A stretch of DNA of 58,295 nt, filler included, from Sphacelaria rigidula (lineage: Eukaryota), in assembly GCA_964200075.2 (NCBI GenBank). It is 3 parts of 3 records of this genome, joined end to end, with 100 filler letters (N's around TTAATTAATTAA, not from the genome) between each part and the next. Parts side by side here need not be neighbours in the genome. Positions count along the whole stretch, not along the records: positions 1 to 19,370 come from CAXNAA020000679.1; positions 19,471 to 38,835 come from CAXNAA020000680.1; 1 more part is not named here. The stretch is one strand, 5' to 3'. The notes beneath the pieces were generated by a model that saw only the letters and a program-made list of their open reading frames with translations, ran no database searches and was not told the DNA's origin. Both the position numbers and the translations under genes were made by a program. Below are positions 12,111 to 25,900 of this stretch, piece after piece; position 1 is the first letter of the stretch, and each line of letters opens with the position of its first letter.

Positions 12111-15100
12111 AAATGTTGATAAGGAGGCCTTGGCAACATGCTGCGCTCTCGTGCACCGTTCCAATTTTGTGCACTTACCGTGTAGATTCGACGAGAACTG
12201 ATGCGGTGCGGGGTTGCTGATTCAATCCGGGGGAGAGATGAGATACTTTCTTCCGAGACTACGGACTCGTACCGAGGGTAGGGCGGGGGGTTGAAAGCAC
12301 GACGAATCTTAGAACAAAAAATATATACCGCTGACAATAGGTCCCTGTGTATCGAGTGTTCGCCGATTACCGGAATAGTTAATCCAGTGCTGTACGGCAG
12401 TGTCATCACGATGGCTTTGTTTTGTTTTCCTTCGATGACGATTTGATCCGACTCTCCCACACGCCATCTACGGTGTCTACAACCATCGTCTTCATCACTT
12501 TCACCGTCTTCACCGAACGTCATCGCTTAGCTCTGCCTCATGGCTGTATCCGACAGATGAACACATCAACCTCCTACCTACCCCCTCTTTGCTCGATTCC
12601 GGTCCCTCTTTTCACCCACCTAGGCCGATTGATGCGTTGCTGAGGACGGACTCGGGCAGCTGGCTCGTGCGCAAGTCGCGGCCGCTGGTCGAGCCGGTAT
12701 TTGTAATGGCTGCGCCGATGTTAGCTTCTTTTCAGGTAGCTCTGACTACCGCCAAAGTGGCGTTCAGGGGCATGATCTTGGGAATACAGGCCTTGTATCA
12801 AGACGCTATAACGCAGTGAAGATGTACCGGGGATGCTATGGAACGTGTGTGTGGGGGGTAGCAAATAGATTCCCAGATTGCTATGCGTAAAATGTGGGAC
12901 GATCCTGTTTATAACGATAATCTTTTACGCCGTTGCAGTCGCTGGTGAGGGTTAATATATGTATATATATACATACTGAGGCGCCTCCATCGCCCTCCAC
13001 CGCTGCGTTAGCAAAAGAATGTCAGAACGGGCACTACGGATGGGCCATATCAAGTTGTGACTGGTTGCACGATATCTCAGATCGAAAACTCGGGTTACTG
13101 TAAGTATATGTATTGCGCTGCCGCGAAGACTTTGTTGTGTGTTGAGTGAGTCGTGTGTTGTACGCTCGTGGAAATGAGCCATCTCTTTGAGGGTGATACG
13201 TCGACCCAGCTTTGCTATTGGTGGTTTTAACTAGCACGAGGGGCCGGCGTGAGGGTTATCCAAATTGGTTCCCCCCTCAAATCTTGCTCCGTCTCGAAAG
13301 GGATGCGTGGTCAATGGTCAAATGACTAAGGCAAGCAACAAATGAGTACGCCAACANNNNNNTAAAGGTGCTAGCCCCTCTCGCGACGGAAAAAAAACGT
13401 CGCCCCCCCCCCCCCCCTCAAATCTCCAAGCCCAGCCGCGATGCCAGCGGCGTATGTCGCGTGTGCGGTTGCGGCGATGCTTGGTGCCCTGTTTCTGTTT
13501 CTCCAGTCTTGTAACACTGACGCCTATTTCCCCCGTACTCAGACTTGGTTCCATTGCGTCTCTTCAAGCTTCGTGGCACTTGTATGCACAGTATGCCATG
13601 ATCTCGTGCGCTCGATATTTGCGGGTGGTGAGTGATACTGCTGAGTCTTTGAAAGTTTGTAAATCGAAGCGGAGTACATTCATCATGTAAAAAAATATGC
13701 ATTTCATAGATTTGTGAGATTTTGAGTTAGTCGTGTGGGGATCCGGTGTGTGTGCGTTCGTGTCGTCGAAGTGTACCGAGTGTCCCAGACGTGCTTACAG
13801 TCGAGCAAGTCAGTCGTTCGTGTACGGTTCTGAAGTGTTGGCCACGTATGATTCGGGCTCGATGCGATAGGTACATGATCCACCACCACTTGCGTCACGC
13901 TGTGCTTGTACTACGTTCGGGGTTGTCAACCATCACGAACATAAGTGATGAATTGGTTTGATGTCGCGAGGTCTCTACTTTTGTCTTCAGTGACGGGGCA
14001 CGCAGCGTACTGCTGGTGATGATGGTGCCTGTGGCCTCTCGTTATGATGGATGTCGGAAAAGTCGAGCAACGTTTGCTGGAGACATATTAAAGCCTTGGA
14101 CTAATTTCATGTTCCTTGGTATTAGGGAAATTCTGTAGCCGAGCGCGGTGTCGCACGTCGGGTTGGCTATGAATGAGTTAGCTTCTTGCCTCCAGTGGGT
14201 GGATCAGTCTCATCGCGGGAAAAAATAAGGAACTTTGGCGTCGTCGTCGTTGATCTCCAACTGAAAATACGGGGGCTAACAACTCATCGAGAACGCGAGG
14301 AGGCGTTACTCATGCCGAAGAACCGTTCCAAACGCGATTCGAATGCGTAACCTCGCTGCCTCCCTGCAACAACCCCCCCAGCATCGCATCGGCGAGGAAT
14401 ACCGTTGCGCCTGAGGAAGGCGGGATGCCATAGTATGACTGAGGCTCCTTGCCCGTACTTTATCGTTGCGTACCAGTTCACCACGAGGTGTCGGACCGTC
14501 GTTGTGACCATCGCTTGAAAAGGGCAGCCGAAACCACGTGGAGGGGAGAACCCGGTGCAAGAGCAAGCATGCCCAACACCACCTGAGCGGTACTGAGGAG
14601 CTTGCCTGCAAGCAACGCTCACCGCGCTTATAGTCGTCTTGGTCTATCCAAGACCACACTTCACGTGCTTTGGCGTGTTTTGAGTGCTTTCACCTTCCCA
14701 TCTTCCAATACTCACCACATTGACCAGTCCTCGGTGAACATGCACGCTGCGTCCAATTTATCAGCTACGATCTAAATCTACCACGTATCCGGTATCTACA
14801 CATGTGTCCCATCTTTCCCTTGACTAGTGTACAAGTGAATTCACTCCCCTGGTGGCTCCGTGACACCATGCCCGAGCTGCGCAAGGTTTCGCATCCTAAA
14901 TGGGATCAGTACGTACCCGCTTTTCACCATGGTGTCCAGTCAAGCTACCTTGAACATCATGACCATCGACATTCCGCAGGAGACGTGGTGTTCATCTGTG
15001 TGCGAGCTTCTCTGCCAAACAGCAGTCGCAACGGAGTCTCTTGCGGAGGTAGGCGTGTAGAAAAGATGTCTTGAAATAATTTAGCGGAGAATGTTGTTAG

Positions 15101-16267
15101 TTGGGGGGAAACATGTCGGGATCCGAAGACGTGATCTTACAGCCGCCAAGTGCTCCATGCAATTATATCCACGATCATCGAAGAAATATTTTTTCGAGAA
15201 GCCCTGAAACGTTTGGAGAGCTCCAAGCGGCCCATTTGTATCAAGTTCTGCCGTTGCTATTAGATCTCTCATCACAGACACATTGATAATCTTATCGTTG
15301 GCTAGGCTTCGCCGGCCTGGGGATGCCACTTCCGCCAACCCACGGCGCTTTTTACTCTCTGACATAACCCAGGAGGTCACTAGCAAGGTACGTGATGACT
15401 CGAACTCTTGCAAACGCCGCGGCGTATACGCAAGAGCAGCTCTCCGAACTGTGCTGCGTTGCAGTCCCAATGTTTCGTCTCCAAACGTGAAGCTTCGGGA
15501 AAAAAAAATCAAGCCGCTTCATTTTGAAGAAGTCTCAACGTTGAGCCCGAAACATCCAAAAAATTCAGATATCCCCGAAAAAACAGTGTCGATAAAATGA
15601 TGGGCCTTCGAGTGATTTCCTCGTGGCGTCAATGAGACAGTACTCCACATTTGGATTACCGACGATGGACGCAGTGCTGCGTCTTGTCAGAAGAGCATTA
15701 ATGAAAATATGCCACAGTTGGATCACCTCCCGCACCGGGACAACCTCAGCAGGAGGACAAGTTAGAGCCCCTCACCTTCTTCATATCCACCAGTCGTCTT
15801 ACTTGACAAGTGTGTCATGTGTACACGTTAGTTGTATTTATACCTCTGTACCTTTGTGCGTATTGCCGGTACTTAGAAGGCACCCACCTGGCAACAAAGC
15901 AAACCCTACGGCTGATTAGCTTCACTTATTATGCCCTTCCGAGGGTGAAGTCAGCAAAAATTCGTGCGCGGGAGTGATACACGGTCAAGGTTAGGTGTGG
16001 TGAAGTCGTAACGCCTACTAGCGTAGGAGCACTGTAGCCATGTGATCGTCACTGTCGCAGCGAATCTGGTGCCACGTGAATGAGAGGCCGCCGTAAAACA
16101 ATTGAACAATATAAGAGCAGCTCATGACAAGTCTACTGCATCAAAATGGAAGTCAACACAAAAAACATTTGAGCAACACTATAGACCTGTGTTGGCTCGA
16201 GGTTTGGTTTGGTTGTGGTTTAGGATGAGAGGCTAGCACACGCGGCTATTTGGCTACTCCCAAAACT

Positions 16268-16520
16268 GCCTCCGGAGGGATGCGCGGCCCTACAGGGGCA
16301 GAATAAGCCTCCGGAGGCCTTCAATCCCTCTGGAGGAAACCAAACACCGCGTACCGACCTGGAGAGCCGCGCACCCCTCCGGAGGAAATTGGGGGTAGCA
16401 AAATGCCTTGGGAGGGATGCGCGGCCCTCCAGTGGCAAAAACACCTCCGGAGGCGTTTAATCCCTCTGGAGGAAACCAAACAATCTCCTCTGGAAGGCCG
16501 CGCACCCCTCCGCAGGCGTT
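16268..16520. repeat. ~138-bp duplicated unit rich in the palindrome CCTC(C/T)GGAGG
   Basis: GGAGGGATGCGCGGCCCT...AATCCCTCTGGAGGAAACCAAACA...GCCGCGCACCCCTCCG is present twice; there are ~8 copies of the 10-bp palindrome or variants. Confidence 0.8.
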
Positions 16521-19370
16521 TAATTCCTCAGTAGGCTCGAAAAGTTGACCGAACTGGAGGAATTTTGAGGGTAGCCAAATGACCGAGTTTTGGGTTAGTG
16601 AGACTGGGGCACTTGGTCGGAAAACATTTTAATCCCTAATTCCATGGAGGCACGTATATTATCCTCCAAACGTCAAGCCGTAGGCCTTCGGAAAATGCGG
16701 ACAGCATATCCTCTGTGGCCTGTGAGCAGCACTCGCCTTCCTTGCCGGCAGCTGACGGGTCTACACGTCGAAGAATGAAAACGGGCCTTCCGCCCGCGCC
16801 GCAGCATAGCGTCGCTCGAATTGTGCATGGGGTTGCTCGAGACGTCAGGGTTTTCTTATTTTCTCTTCTAAACAATATCGCTCCTGATTCATAGCTTCTA
16901 CCAGTGTTTACTACTCCCCACCCCCTCCCCGATACCAACTCCGAGCGTCGTCTAACGCACATACACACAACACCGAAGCAAGATTTACTACACTTACAGT
17001 TGGGAGAGGCCGGAATCCAAAGCCAACCCCGCGCCTGACACACACATATAAAGCGTTGATACTCCCCTTAACGATTGTTCTATCAAGCCCCCCCTGTCCC
17101 TTCCCACGTCACCCGGTGCAACCCTCGCTCTCTCCTGCCTCGTTCACCGATGCGTTTTAGTTCTAAGACCAGTAGTTACTTTCATAGCGTGACAGGTCAT
17201 TCTCGCCACAACATTCCGCCCAGGCAACGGGCATAATATGTTCACTGGAGAGCACGAAAAACAAACTCCCTCGCAGGACAAATTGCCAAAACTACGATGA
17301 TGTTTTGTACACGAGTAGTGCGTACGGCCGTGGTAGCCGAGACACCCTCAATTAAGTCAGGAGAAAGGCATGGCGAGCCATTAGGTATCAGCTCGACCTC
17401 CCCGATACCTCCGTCAAGATGCGCTGAGTCGAGGGCCGGTGCTGACCGTGCCATCACGTCATCACACATAACTAAACGCTGGTCTCATTAGTACCATCCC
17501 GATCTTTCTACTACTATGCCAAAATATCGCTTCTGTTTTTTGTGTCTTTTTGTGGTCATTATGTCCCCCATCACGCCAGGAATCCTCCACACCGAAACCA
17601 AGGTATCACGTGCGGAGAACGGCTTCTCCCTTCACCAGGGCGAGGTCCTAACTCGTGACACACCAACATCACCCACCGTCACATTTCACATAAACGACAT
17701 GTTTCCACACTCGACCATACGGTATACGATATGATAAACTCATATGCCCACGTTCCCTTGAAGAATGACGGGGATTCTCGTGACATATGGGATGTATTCC
17801 GGTCAGAATTTCCTGTGAAGATTTATGGGAACCTTTGCCATGAGGACGGGGCAGGGTGAGGACACTCGCCGGTCGTCAGACAATCGACGGGACGGGACAG
17901 AACGGAACGGAACGTGGCATTCTCCCGCCGCCAACAAAACGACGGCACATGACCGAAATTCCCGTCCCGGCCTGGCCAGTAGGATTTCTGGTGAAATTTT
18001 CTCCCGGTCGTAACACCCGGGGCATTCCTCTATCTGAGGTTCACGCATTTACCATAATCCACGAATGATTGCGAAGATGTTATCCAGCGTCCTGATTTTG
18101 ATTTTTATCCGTCATTGTTCCTCAATTGTGAATGAAATCGTGTGAAAAGTTGAGCAGTGCACGTAGTTGAAAATGCCCACATGCACATCCATCCTTCCAT
18201 ACGTTGCTCAAGTGGCCGGCAGCCGCCGTTTCAACTATCAAAATCCATCATTCCGCATAGAATGCTGGTCATATTTCAACCACATCGTTGAACACTGTAC
18301 AAAATCGATTGAAAAACTTGAAATAGAACCCACCACTCACTCGTTTGCAACGAAAACAATAAAATATCAAGCATCTGATACACCCAAAGGACAAAAATGC
18401 CCCCGTCAAGTCCTCCTCAAGGTGGTAAATACTTTGAAGCCACGCCCCACTGGTCCAACCTGCATGCACCCGACAGTAACCTATCCTTCGCCATCTTTTC
18501 CCCAACCCGCACTATACCTCACATCCCGCACTATGAAACCCATAAATCAAGAGTAAAACTCACGCAGGACGGAGGTATTTCGCCGGGCTCTGCGAAGGCT
18601 ATCTGAGCACACCCACACGAGCCATCTACCTCGAACAGCATAGTCATTGGTGAAAAATAAAAATACTCTTGTCCAGTTCTCCTCAAGATAGCGGATACTT
18701 CTGAGTCACGCGCCATAGATCCAACCTGCACGCACTCGTCAGTATGTTCTTTCTCGCCCTCCTCTCTCCGACCTTTCCCCTCTCTCAAACCATCCCGCAC
18801 GGCACAATTCCTGTTCACAAGGGTAAGCTTCACGCGGAGCGGAGGTCCCTTTTCCAGGGCCCTGTGATAGCTATCTGAGTAGGACCTACTCTAGCGCTCC
18901 GTCTCGAGCAATAATACCTTTAGTGATCAAAAACAAAAACGCTCCCGTCACTTCCAAACATTGTACAGCCTTGACACCCCCGCACCCAGCATGACGTACG
19001 GAAAATAGAACATTCCTTCGCCTTAACCTCAATTCTACCCCCCACCTATTAGTACACCAACATTGACAGCTAGGGCATGCGAGGAAGGGGTTGAGGTCGC
19101 GCTCCCGTCCTCCTGGTGCTCTCCCTGATCCCCTCACCGGTGGTGTCGAGATTGCCAGCCATTGATCGGGCTGTATGGGAAAAATAACGAAAGGGCACGC
19201 TGAAATAAGGTGGGAGGAACACGGGATTTTACAAATTGGAGATGTATTCTTTTTATTGAGGATGAAAACCCGGAGAAGTAAAACCTTCGTATTCCCATGA
19301 AATGTTCGAACTATAAACAGCCAATCATCTATGTTGAGGATGGTGCTTTTGATTGAGGATGAGAACCCGG

Positions 19371-19470
19371 NNNNNNNNNNNNNNNNNNNNNNNNNNNNNN
19401 NNNNNNNNNNNNNNTTAATTAATTAANNNNNNNNNNNNNNNNNNNNNNNNNNNNNNNNNNNNNNNNNNNN
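19371..19470. other. Assembly gap (100 bp, N-TTAATTAATTAA-N linker)
   Basis: N runs with a central six-frame stop linker. Confidence 0.97.
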
Positions 19471-19979
19471 CCCCCCCCCCCGACGTGGAAAGTGCCAAAC
19501 TATTAAGAAAAGAAAAAAAAAACAACCCCCCCCCCCCCCCCTACTTCTCTGACCAAAAAATGCTGGAAAAACGTCCGACGCTAGATTTTTGAAGAAATCT
19601 TAAGTCAGTCTTGAAATGATCTATTGTCTGAACGGGGTAAGAGGATCTGCTCTCACTTTTTTTCGGCAATATTATCTGGGGGTTAAGGAAAAAAAAACAG
19701 ACGCGTTAATTAGACCCGTTACGCCACAACAACCATGACCAGAAACGTTACTCGAGTGAATCAGATATCGAGATAAGATCATTTGGCGCGTTAGACCACT
19801 GGTAACAATGACAGTGGTGAAGCTGTGTTTCACGTGTATGCTGGTCAGTGTTGTGTTTCGCTTGCATGATCCTCACTCCGTGTTGGAAGGTAACACTCCG
19901 TGTTGGAAGGTCTAACAAATACAGTACCCCGTTTGTCTCCATCAGCAGTGGTGCACGGGGTAGGATGTGCTGTACCCAC

Positions 19980-22900
19980 CTGTCGACAGTGATCGGCCCG
20001 CTCTGCATGTAGGTCGGCCTCGAGTTTCTTGACCGCCTGCGTGGCTTCTTTTTCCCTCTTCACAAGCTCGCTCTGTCGACTCTGTGCCAATCGATCGTCT
20101 TCGACCATCGCAACCAGAGCCTGAAAAGATCGTGTCTGGAGCGAAAACATGCGTGAGAATCAATCACTCAGGAAGATCGTCGACTTGAGAAGCTCGTAAC
20201 AGTGTGCGGAAACAACTCTGATCTTCGAGGTTTCGGCCACGAGTGTGCTGCGGTAAACGCCGTCATCAATGGCCTCAGAGCGGCGAGTCTTGCTGCTGCT
20301 GTGGCTGCTGTTATTGTTGCTGTTGTTGTCGTTGTTGTTGTTGTCGTTGGTTGTCTTCATAATATAAACCGTTCCAGTATCTGCACACAGTATTTCGCAC
20401 TTCCGCACTGGGCATCTGATGCGAACGCCTTGAGTGGTCACACGCTAACCACCCTAAATGCGGTTTGGTCAAATCAACTGAAATTAAAACAGGACCCAGA
20501 AAAACCAACACAGACGCGACACAATAAAAAGAAACGATATCAACCCCGTAAGACCCGGTGTTGCATGCGAGCATTTTAACTGCTGGAGGTAGAACCCAAC
20601 GCTCTCACTCGACACGCGAAGCCAAACGGAAATAGAGCCAGAATCAAGAGCACCAGATCACTATCCATGGCAATTAAGATCTCATGATTTTATCTGCGTG
20701 CGTCTACTAGGTCGGGGTGTACTGACCGCCGGGTTTACGTCGCCAATGTCCTCCCCCACCCGTATCCACACATGCTTGGGGGGCCTCGAGAACCAAGACA
20801 CATATGCTACTTGTATACTCGATTCCAAGACAAAGGAACGAATATCCCACATTCTTATCATGCTGGAATACTCCATTTGATCGTTCAGGTACACCCCCAT
20901 CGTACGCAAACATTTGAGGGACAGCCATATGTACGAAAGCGTTGAGAAATAAGAAGATCGCGTGTATGTTAGATATGTCATGATCACGATGACTGCAGCG
21001 GTGAGAGCGCGGGTGGGCACTACCATTGTGCCGGATGGTATCAAACTTAGAGACAGCTCGCGAACTGCATCGAGAAAACGTTGGTTCTTACCACCATAGC
21101 ACACCGTATCACCTGTAGGCATCGACGCAGAAAAGAAGGTGGCGCTAGTCAACGTACCTCCGCAATCTGGCGACACGAGCTGTTGAGGAGGTCTATGAGC
21201 TCTGTCCGTTCCCGTTGGATCTTGAACAGGTTGCCACTGATGTTGGGGTTGTCTTTGAGATTTCGGCCAAGGTTCTTCGTGGATTCTCGCAGTGCCCTAC
21301 TAACCTCTTGGATCTCTGCTTGAATCTGAGGTCGAGGCGCGGAGCAGCCAACGTTTTCGTCACGGGCGCTTGTTTTTCGTCATCAGCGCTGCATCCGGAT
21401 CAGCTTACTTTAAAACAGATGGACTGAATTAGATACGCTACGATGCAGCTCAGTGCACATAACGTATCTTTAGATACATCAAAAGGAACGATCGAAACAC
21501 ATTAGACACAAACACAATTATACGCACAAGTCACCAAGCGTGTGGATCCAAAGATCGTCGCACCGTCGCCATCGCCCGCCTGTTATAACTGATTTGCTGG
21601 GGATTCAGGAAAAAGTGAAGAAAAATAGAGCGTGAATTCTACCTTCCGACGGCGGACTACACAACGTCCAAAACATCTGACCTAACCAAGTCTCCGTACA
21701 AATCTGAACGGGATACGAAAACATGGGTTCCTTCTTACGATGATGGCGTTGCATTTTCAGAGCAGTAGTACAAGTAGTACTTGCTCGTTGTCACAGAAAA
21801 ATGACACGCATTGTGTTGCCATTCATGCTCGAACATGCTGCTCACCCGAGGGTATAATACCCGTAGACTGAGATTTCGGGTACCCTTCCTTGCACTCCAG
21901 GATTGAAATTTCAAACTTTGGACACCTTGAAGTTGGAAAAAAATGAGATATTGAAATCAAACTGGGTATAGCGCAAGCAGACCCTAACACCGAATCAAAA
22001 CTTAAAGAAGGTGGTTCGCGATGTCGAAAGGGGGTCGTTCAAATATCAGTATCACGATCTAAGAATAAAGTAAATCCGCACATAACTCGTAACACCGACA
22101 CGAGTAACGGCCGGTACCATACAAAGCTATATATACTAGGACGAAGCAGTCTGTTTTATCACCGTGGAACCAGTAGTGTTTCGCACCGCACAAAATTCAG
22201 TATCGTGACTTTGTTAGTACTAAAAACCCAAGTGGGGAATATCAAATATTAAATGACTTGCGCCCATACGGGGGTACGGTATTCGTTGGACCCCATCATC
22301 TCTCCCCCTCGCCTGGTGAATTGTTGCGAGCCTTGTTCGGCGAACACCCGGCGTGCCCCGTCTCCAATTTTGTAGGGATGCGACGTCAAGGGTCTCATGA
22401 CTTCGGCATGTAAGATCAAGAGCATGAGTACACCCGCCTGAAAGCATTGCAGCTCCCAACCCCCTCTTTCGAGCCCCAACTCTCCTACCCAACATCAACA
22501 GGGGTAAAGGAATCGTAGCTTCAGTTTCCCGATATCCATGGTTCAGCTCACCTCTTTGTAGCGTGACTTATTAGCGAGTCCTTTCAGCGTACTCCGCTGC
22601 GCGATGAGCTTCTCATAGCGGGCCTCCAGTTGGCGTTGTTCCTGGGGGTATTTGGTGCCGACGGGGTACTCACGTAAGCCCGTGATTCACTCGGAACTCT
22701 TCATTCGCCATTTGTGTGATGGCCAGAAAAAGAGTCTTCGCCGTTGCGTTTGGTTTCGAGAGCTAAAAAGGTATCCTGAACGCCTTTTGACCACGGCTGG
22801 GTCTCTCGGGGGTCAGTTAATGTGCTGCAATCAATGAAATGTTGGCAGATGACATTCGTCATTGTGTTGCGCTTGCGTACGTGTATATTTGGCACAAATT

Positions 22901-25900
22901 ACACAGCGCCCCGGTGGCTCAGTTGGTAACCTCGAAACCTTCTGACGGTTGGGTCGTGGGTTCAAATCTCGGAGTCATCTGGGATTTTCTCTCACATCAT
23001 GCCCAACGGTGGAGAGCGACTATTGCGTGTGTATACAAAATTCGGCGTAACGGTCGACGAGGGAAAGGGTGTGCTGAGCCCCCCTCGCGATAAAAAATAA
23101 AAGGCAAGCACCGCAGAAGGAAGGTGGAGTACTAAAAACAAATAAAAAAGGAAAAAAACTCCCGTGTTGACCTCCCTCCTGTGTGACCCCGGCTGGTGCG
23201 CCCACATATACCGAAAGGTGTAGACCGGCGACCAGAATCGATGGGACGACAACACAACACACACTCATTTTATCTTGTTTTTACATTCTGTCCTGATTGT
23301 CGCACTTCGGGTGTGCACACACAATGACTATCGGGGTCGTAATTGATTCGCTCATTTTACAGCGCGTGCATAAATACGTTCGAAGGAAGCACAATGCAGT
23401 GCACTTGAGGGCAAGAAGGCAGTGGGAGCCCAATATCCCCACTTCCCGCGGTAGGGTACCGAGGTGTTCGATCTCCGCGGTAACCGCAATACTATGGTTT
23501 CATCACGTGGGTACCGCAGTTTTCCGACCCTCCACCGTGCCGTACCGTACTGCACCGTCGGGAAACCGTATGCCATGGTCGTGGTGTTGAGCGATACCAA
23601 GATAATGAAAACACTGCTCATACCGCATCGCACTCTGAAGGTACCGCGCCCTGTGTACCGCGGTTGTACTGCGAAATCATGCACCATGCTATGGACTGAA
23701 GAATAAAAAACGCTCGGGATGATCACCCCGAAACATCTCAACGGGCACCACAAGGACCGTGACCGAAACACGTCGAAAGTAACTGTACAAACGAGCCCGA
23801 ACAAGCACGCACAGACACAAACAAACAGCATGAGTGCATTGCGTCTAGCGCTAGGTCTTGGTCATCCATACACACGGGTGTTTGTTCCACGACGATCCGT
23901 TCAGTGTTAGAGGGGGGGCGACCGTATACATACCAAAAGCAGCGCTCACGACGCAGAAGTTGTCCATTTGAGCGTATTATATGGCGCGTGTCTGGCACAA
24001 ACAATCGGATCTCCTTCAATTTTGACTTGATTCGACCCAAGCGAAGAACGTGGTACTTGGCCGATTAATAGCTACGGGTCGAGCTATGCTTTGCCTATTC
24101 TTATACGGTGGGATCGGAAGTGGGTGTGTGGTTGTGCCTTGCGTTCGCGCTGTTCAATGCAGCCTATCTATGAGCATACACAAGCATTTGTAAGTGTGGA
24201 ATTACGGGGTACACAACGATCCAGGAATAGTATGCAAAATGGTCTTTGAGGTTGCAGAACGGGAAATTGTTGCTGGTTCTGCAATATAGAGTTGTTCAAT
24301 TGTGACTCGTAAATAAACCACGGCCAATCATTGTAGCTCGTGAGCCGACCGAAGATTATGGGTCATGGGCAATCGTGATCGGGCGGTGTTCCACGCTTGC
24401 CTCTCTTCACTCCCTTTGTACTCCTCTCTCCACCCGAGTTCCAGCGTGTGAATAATGACGACTTAAAACACATCGTTTTCTTTCACCTAAGACATATTGC
24501 AAGGGATGGTATTATGTCTGGGCACACAGCACGGGGCTTTTGTTGCCACACAATCTGATAAACACGGTCATCTGTATGCGTTAACGTGAAGTTCGATCTT
24601 CACTCACAGTTCTTCGATGGAGGACGAAGAAAAAATGGTTGAAGAAGTGAAGACTTCGCTGGAGACGCAGGCAGGGACCTTCGAAGAAAGGCTGTCCCAC
24701 ATTTGAGCCACTTGGGAGAATGCTGGCGGACTGCAATACAGATTCGTCGGTGGAGTACAGCCCAAATATTCTGAACTGGTGAGGGGGCAAAGACCGCTCC
24801 CGGTCATCGAGGTGGAGTCATCTTCGATGGCCTGCTGCCTGCTATCTGTGAGGTTGAGATTGCAAGAGGTAGCAGCCTCGCCGCAGAATCTCGGGCAGTA
24901 AGCAGCATCGAAAGTGCTGTTACCGAGCTTGGAAGTAGAGTAGAGTTTCCCTTGTGGAGTAGGCGTTTTGAGATTTTGCCCTATCGACGATTGTGGACAG
25001 GCATGTACTACAGTAACTGACATGTCGGCAGGCGATCCCCCCGTGACCTCACGGACCGCGACTTGCTAAGCAGATGTTTGACAACAATTTCCCCCATGCA
25101 AGTTGGCGTATGTTGTACGATTGGTTCTTGCCGAGAACCCTCTCCGAGAAGTCGAAATGGAAATGCTTTTTCAACGAATGAGAGATGAGGAAGAAGGAGC
25201 GCCCGATACGTTTTTCGGGCGAGTAGTCAAGATCATGGGGGTGCTAGGATAATCGAAGGTAATCGTGCCTGTGGAGAAGGTTAGCTTCAAGATGGTTGAG
25301 GTGCTCACGATCGACTATGAACACAAACAGCGCACAATCTTGTGCAGAGAAAACATCACTTGTGCCGGGACAGGGGCAAAGGCGAGAGAGACATACATGC
25401 TAATGTCTGGGAATTGTACGAAAATTCGTAGCGTATGGCAGGCTTTCGTTACGAGCAAGCTCACGCGCCGAAATCGCAATCAAGAGAGTGCTGCAGGTGG
25501 TGAGGGTATTTCCAGTGGTACTGTAGCCACCAAAAACGACCAAAACAAGCGTACGAAGAACGTAGGCAAGACGTTGGACGACATGCGGAACAAGCATCAC
25601 CGTTGCTTAGAGCCCAACGATCGATGGTTCAAGTGCACCACACACGTCATCCTCGCCGCGAAAGAGTCACAGAGCGACTCTCGTGAGACTATATAGCGTG
25701 TCTATCGACTGATACGCATGGTAAGAAGGGTGAGAGCGCGAGATTCGTAAGGATGGGCACTGACAAGTAGATAGCTGACAGTGGTGCGATCTTTCACATG
25801 GCTAGATCGCCTGACTTGCTCCGTGACTTGCAACCATCCGAGAATAAGGTCAAGATTAGTAGTGGCACTGTATCAACGTTGAGGGTTCCGGATCGTTGAC

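Noticed and set aside
14284-15512. Minus-strand ORFs possibly from a decayed transposase (e.g. FFDDRGYN)
   Set aside because: Only a single short motif; no family can be assigned without a homology search.
19415-19426. TTAATTAATTAA palindrome embedded in N runs (also 38880-38891)
   Set aside because: Identical 44N-12-44N layout twice: a scaffolding linker with stops in all frames, not biology.
22908-22975. tRNA gene
   Set aside because: A and B boxes are present, but D-arm and acceptor stem pairing are absent and the sequence continues into a repeat body, indicating a SINE head.
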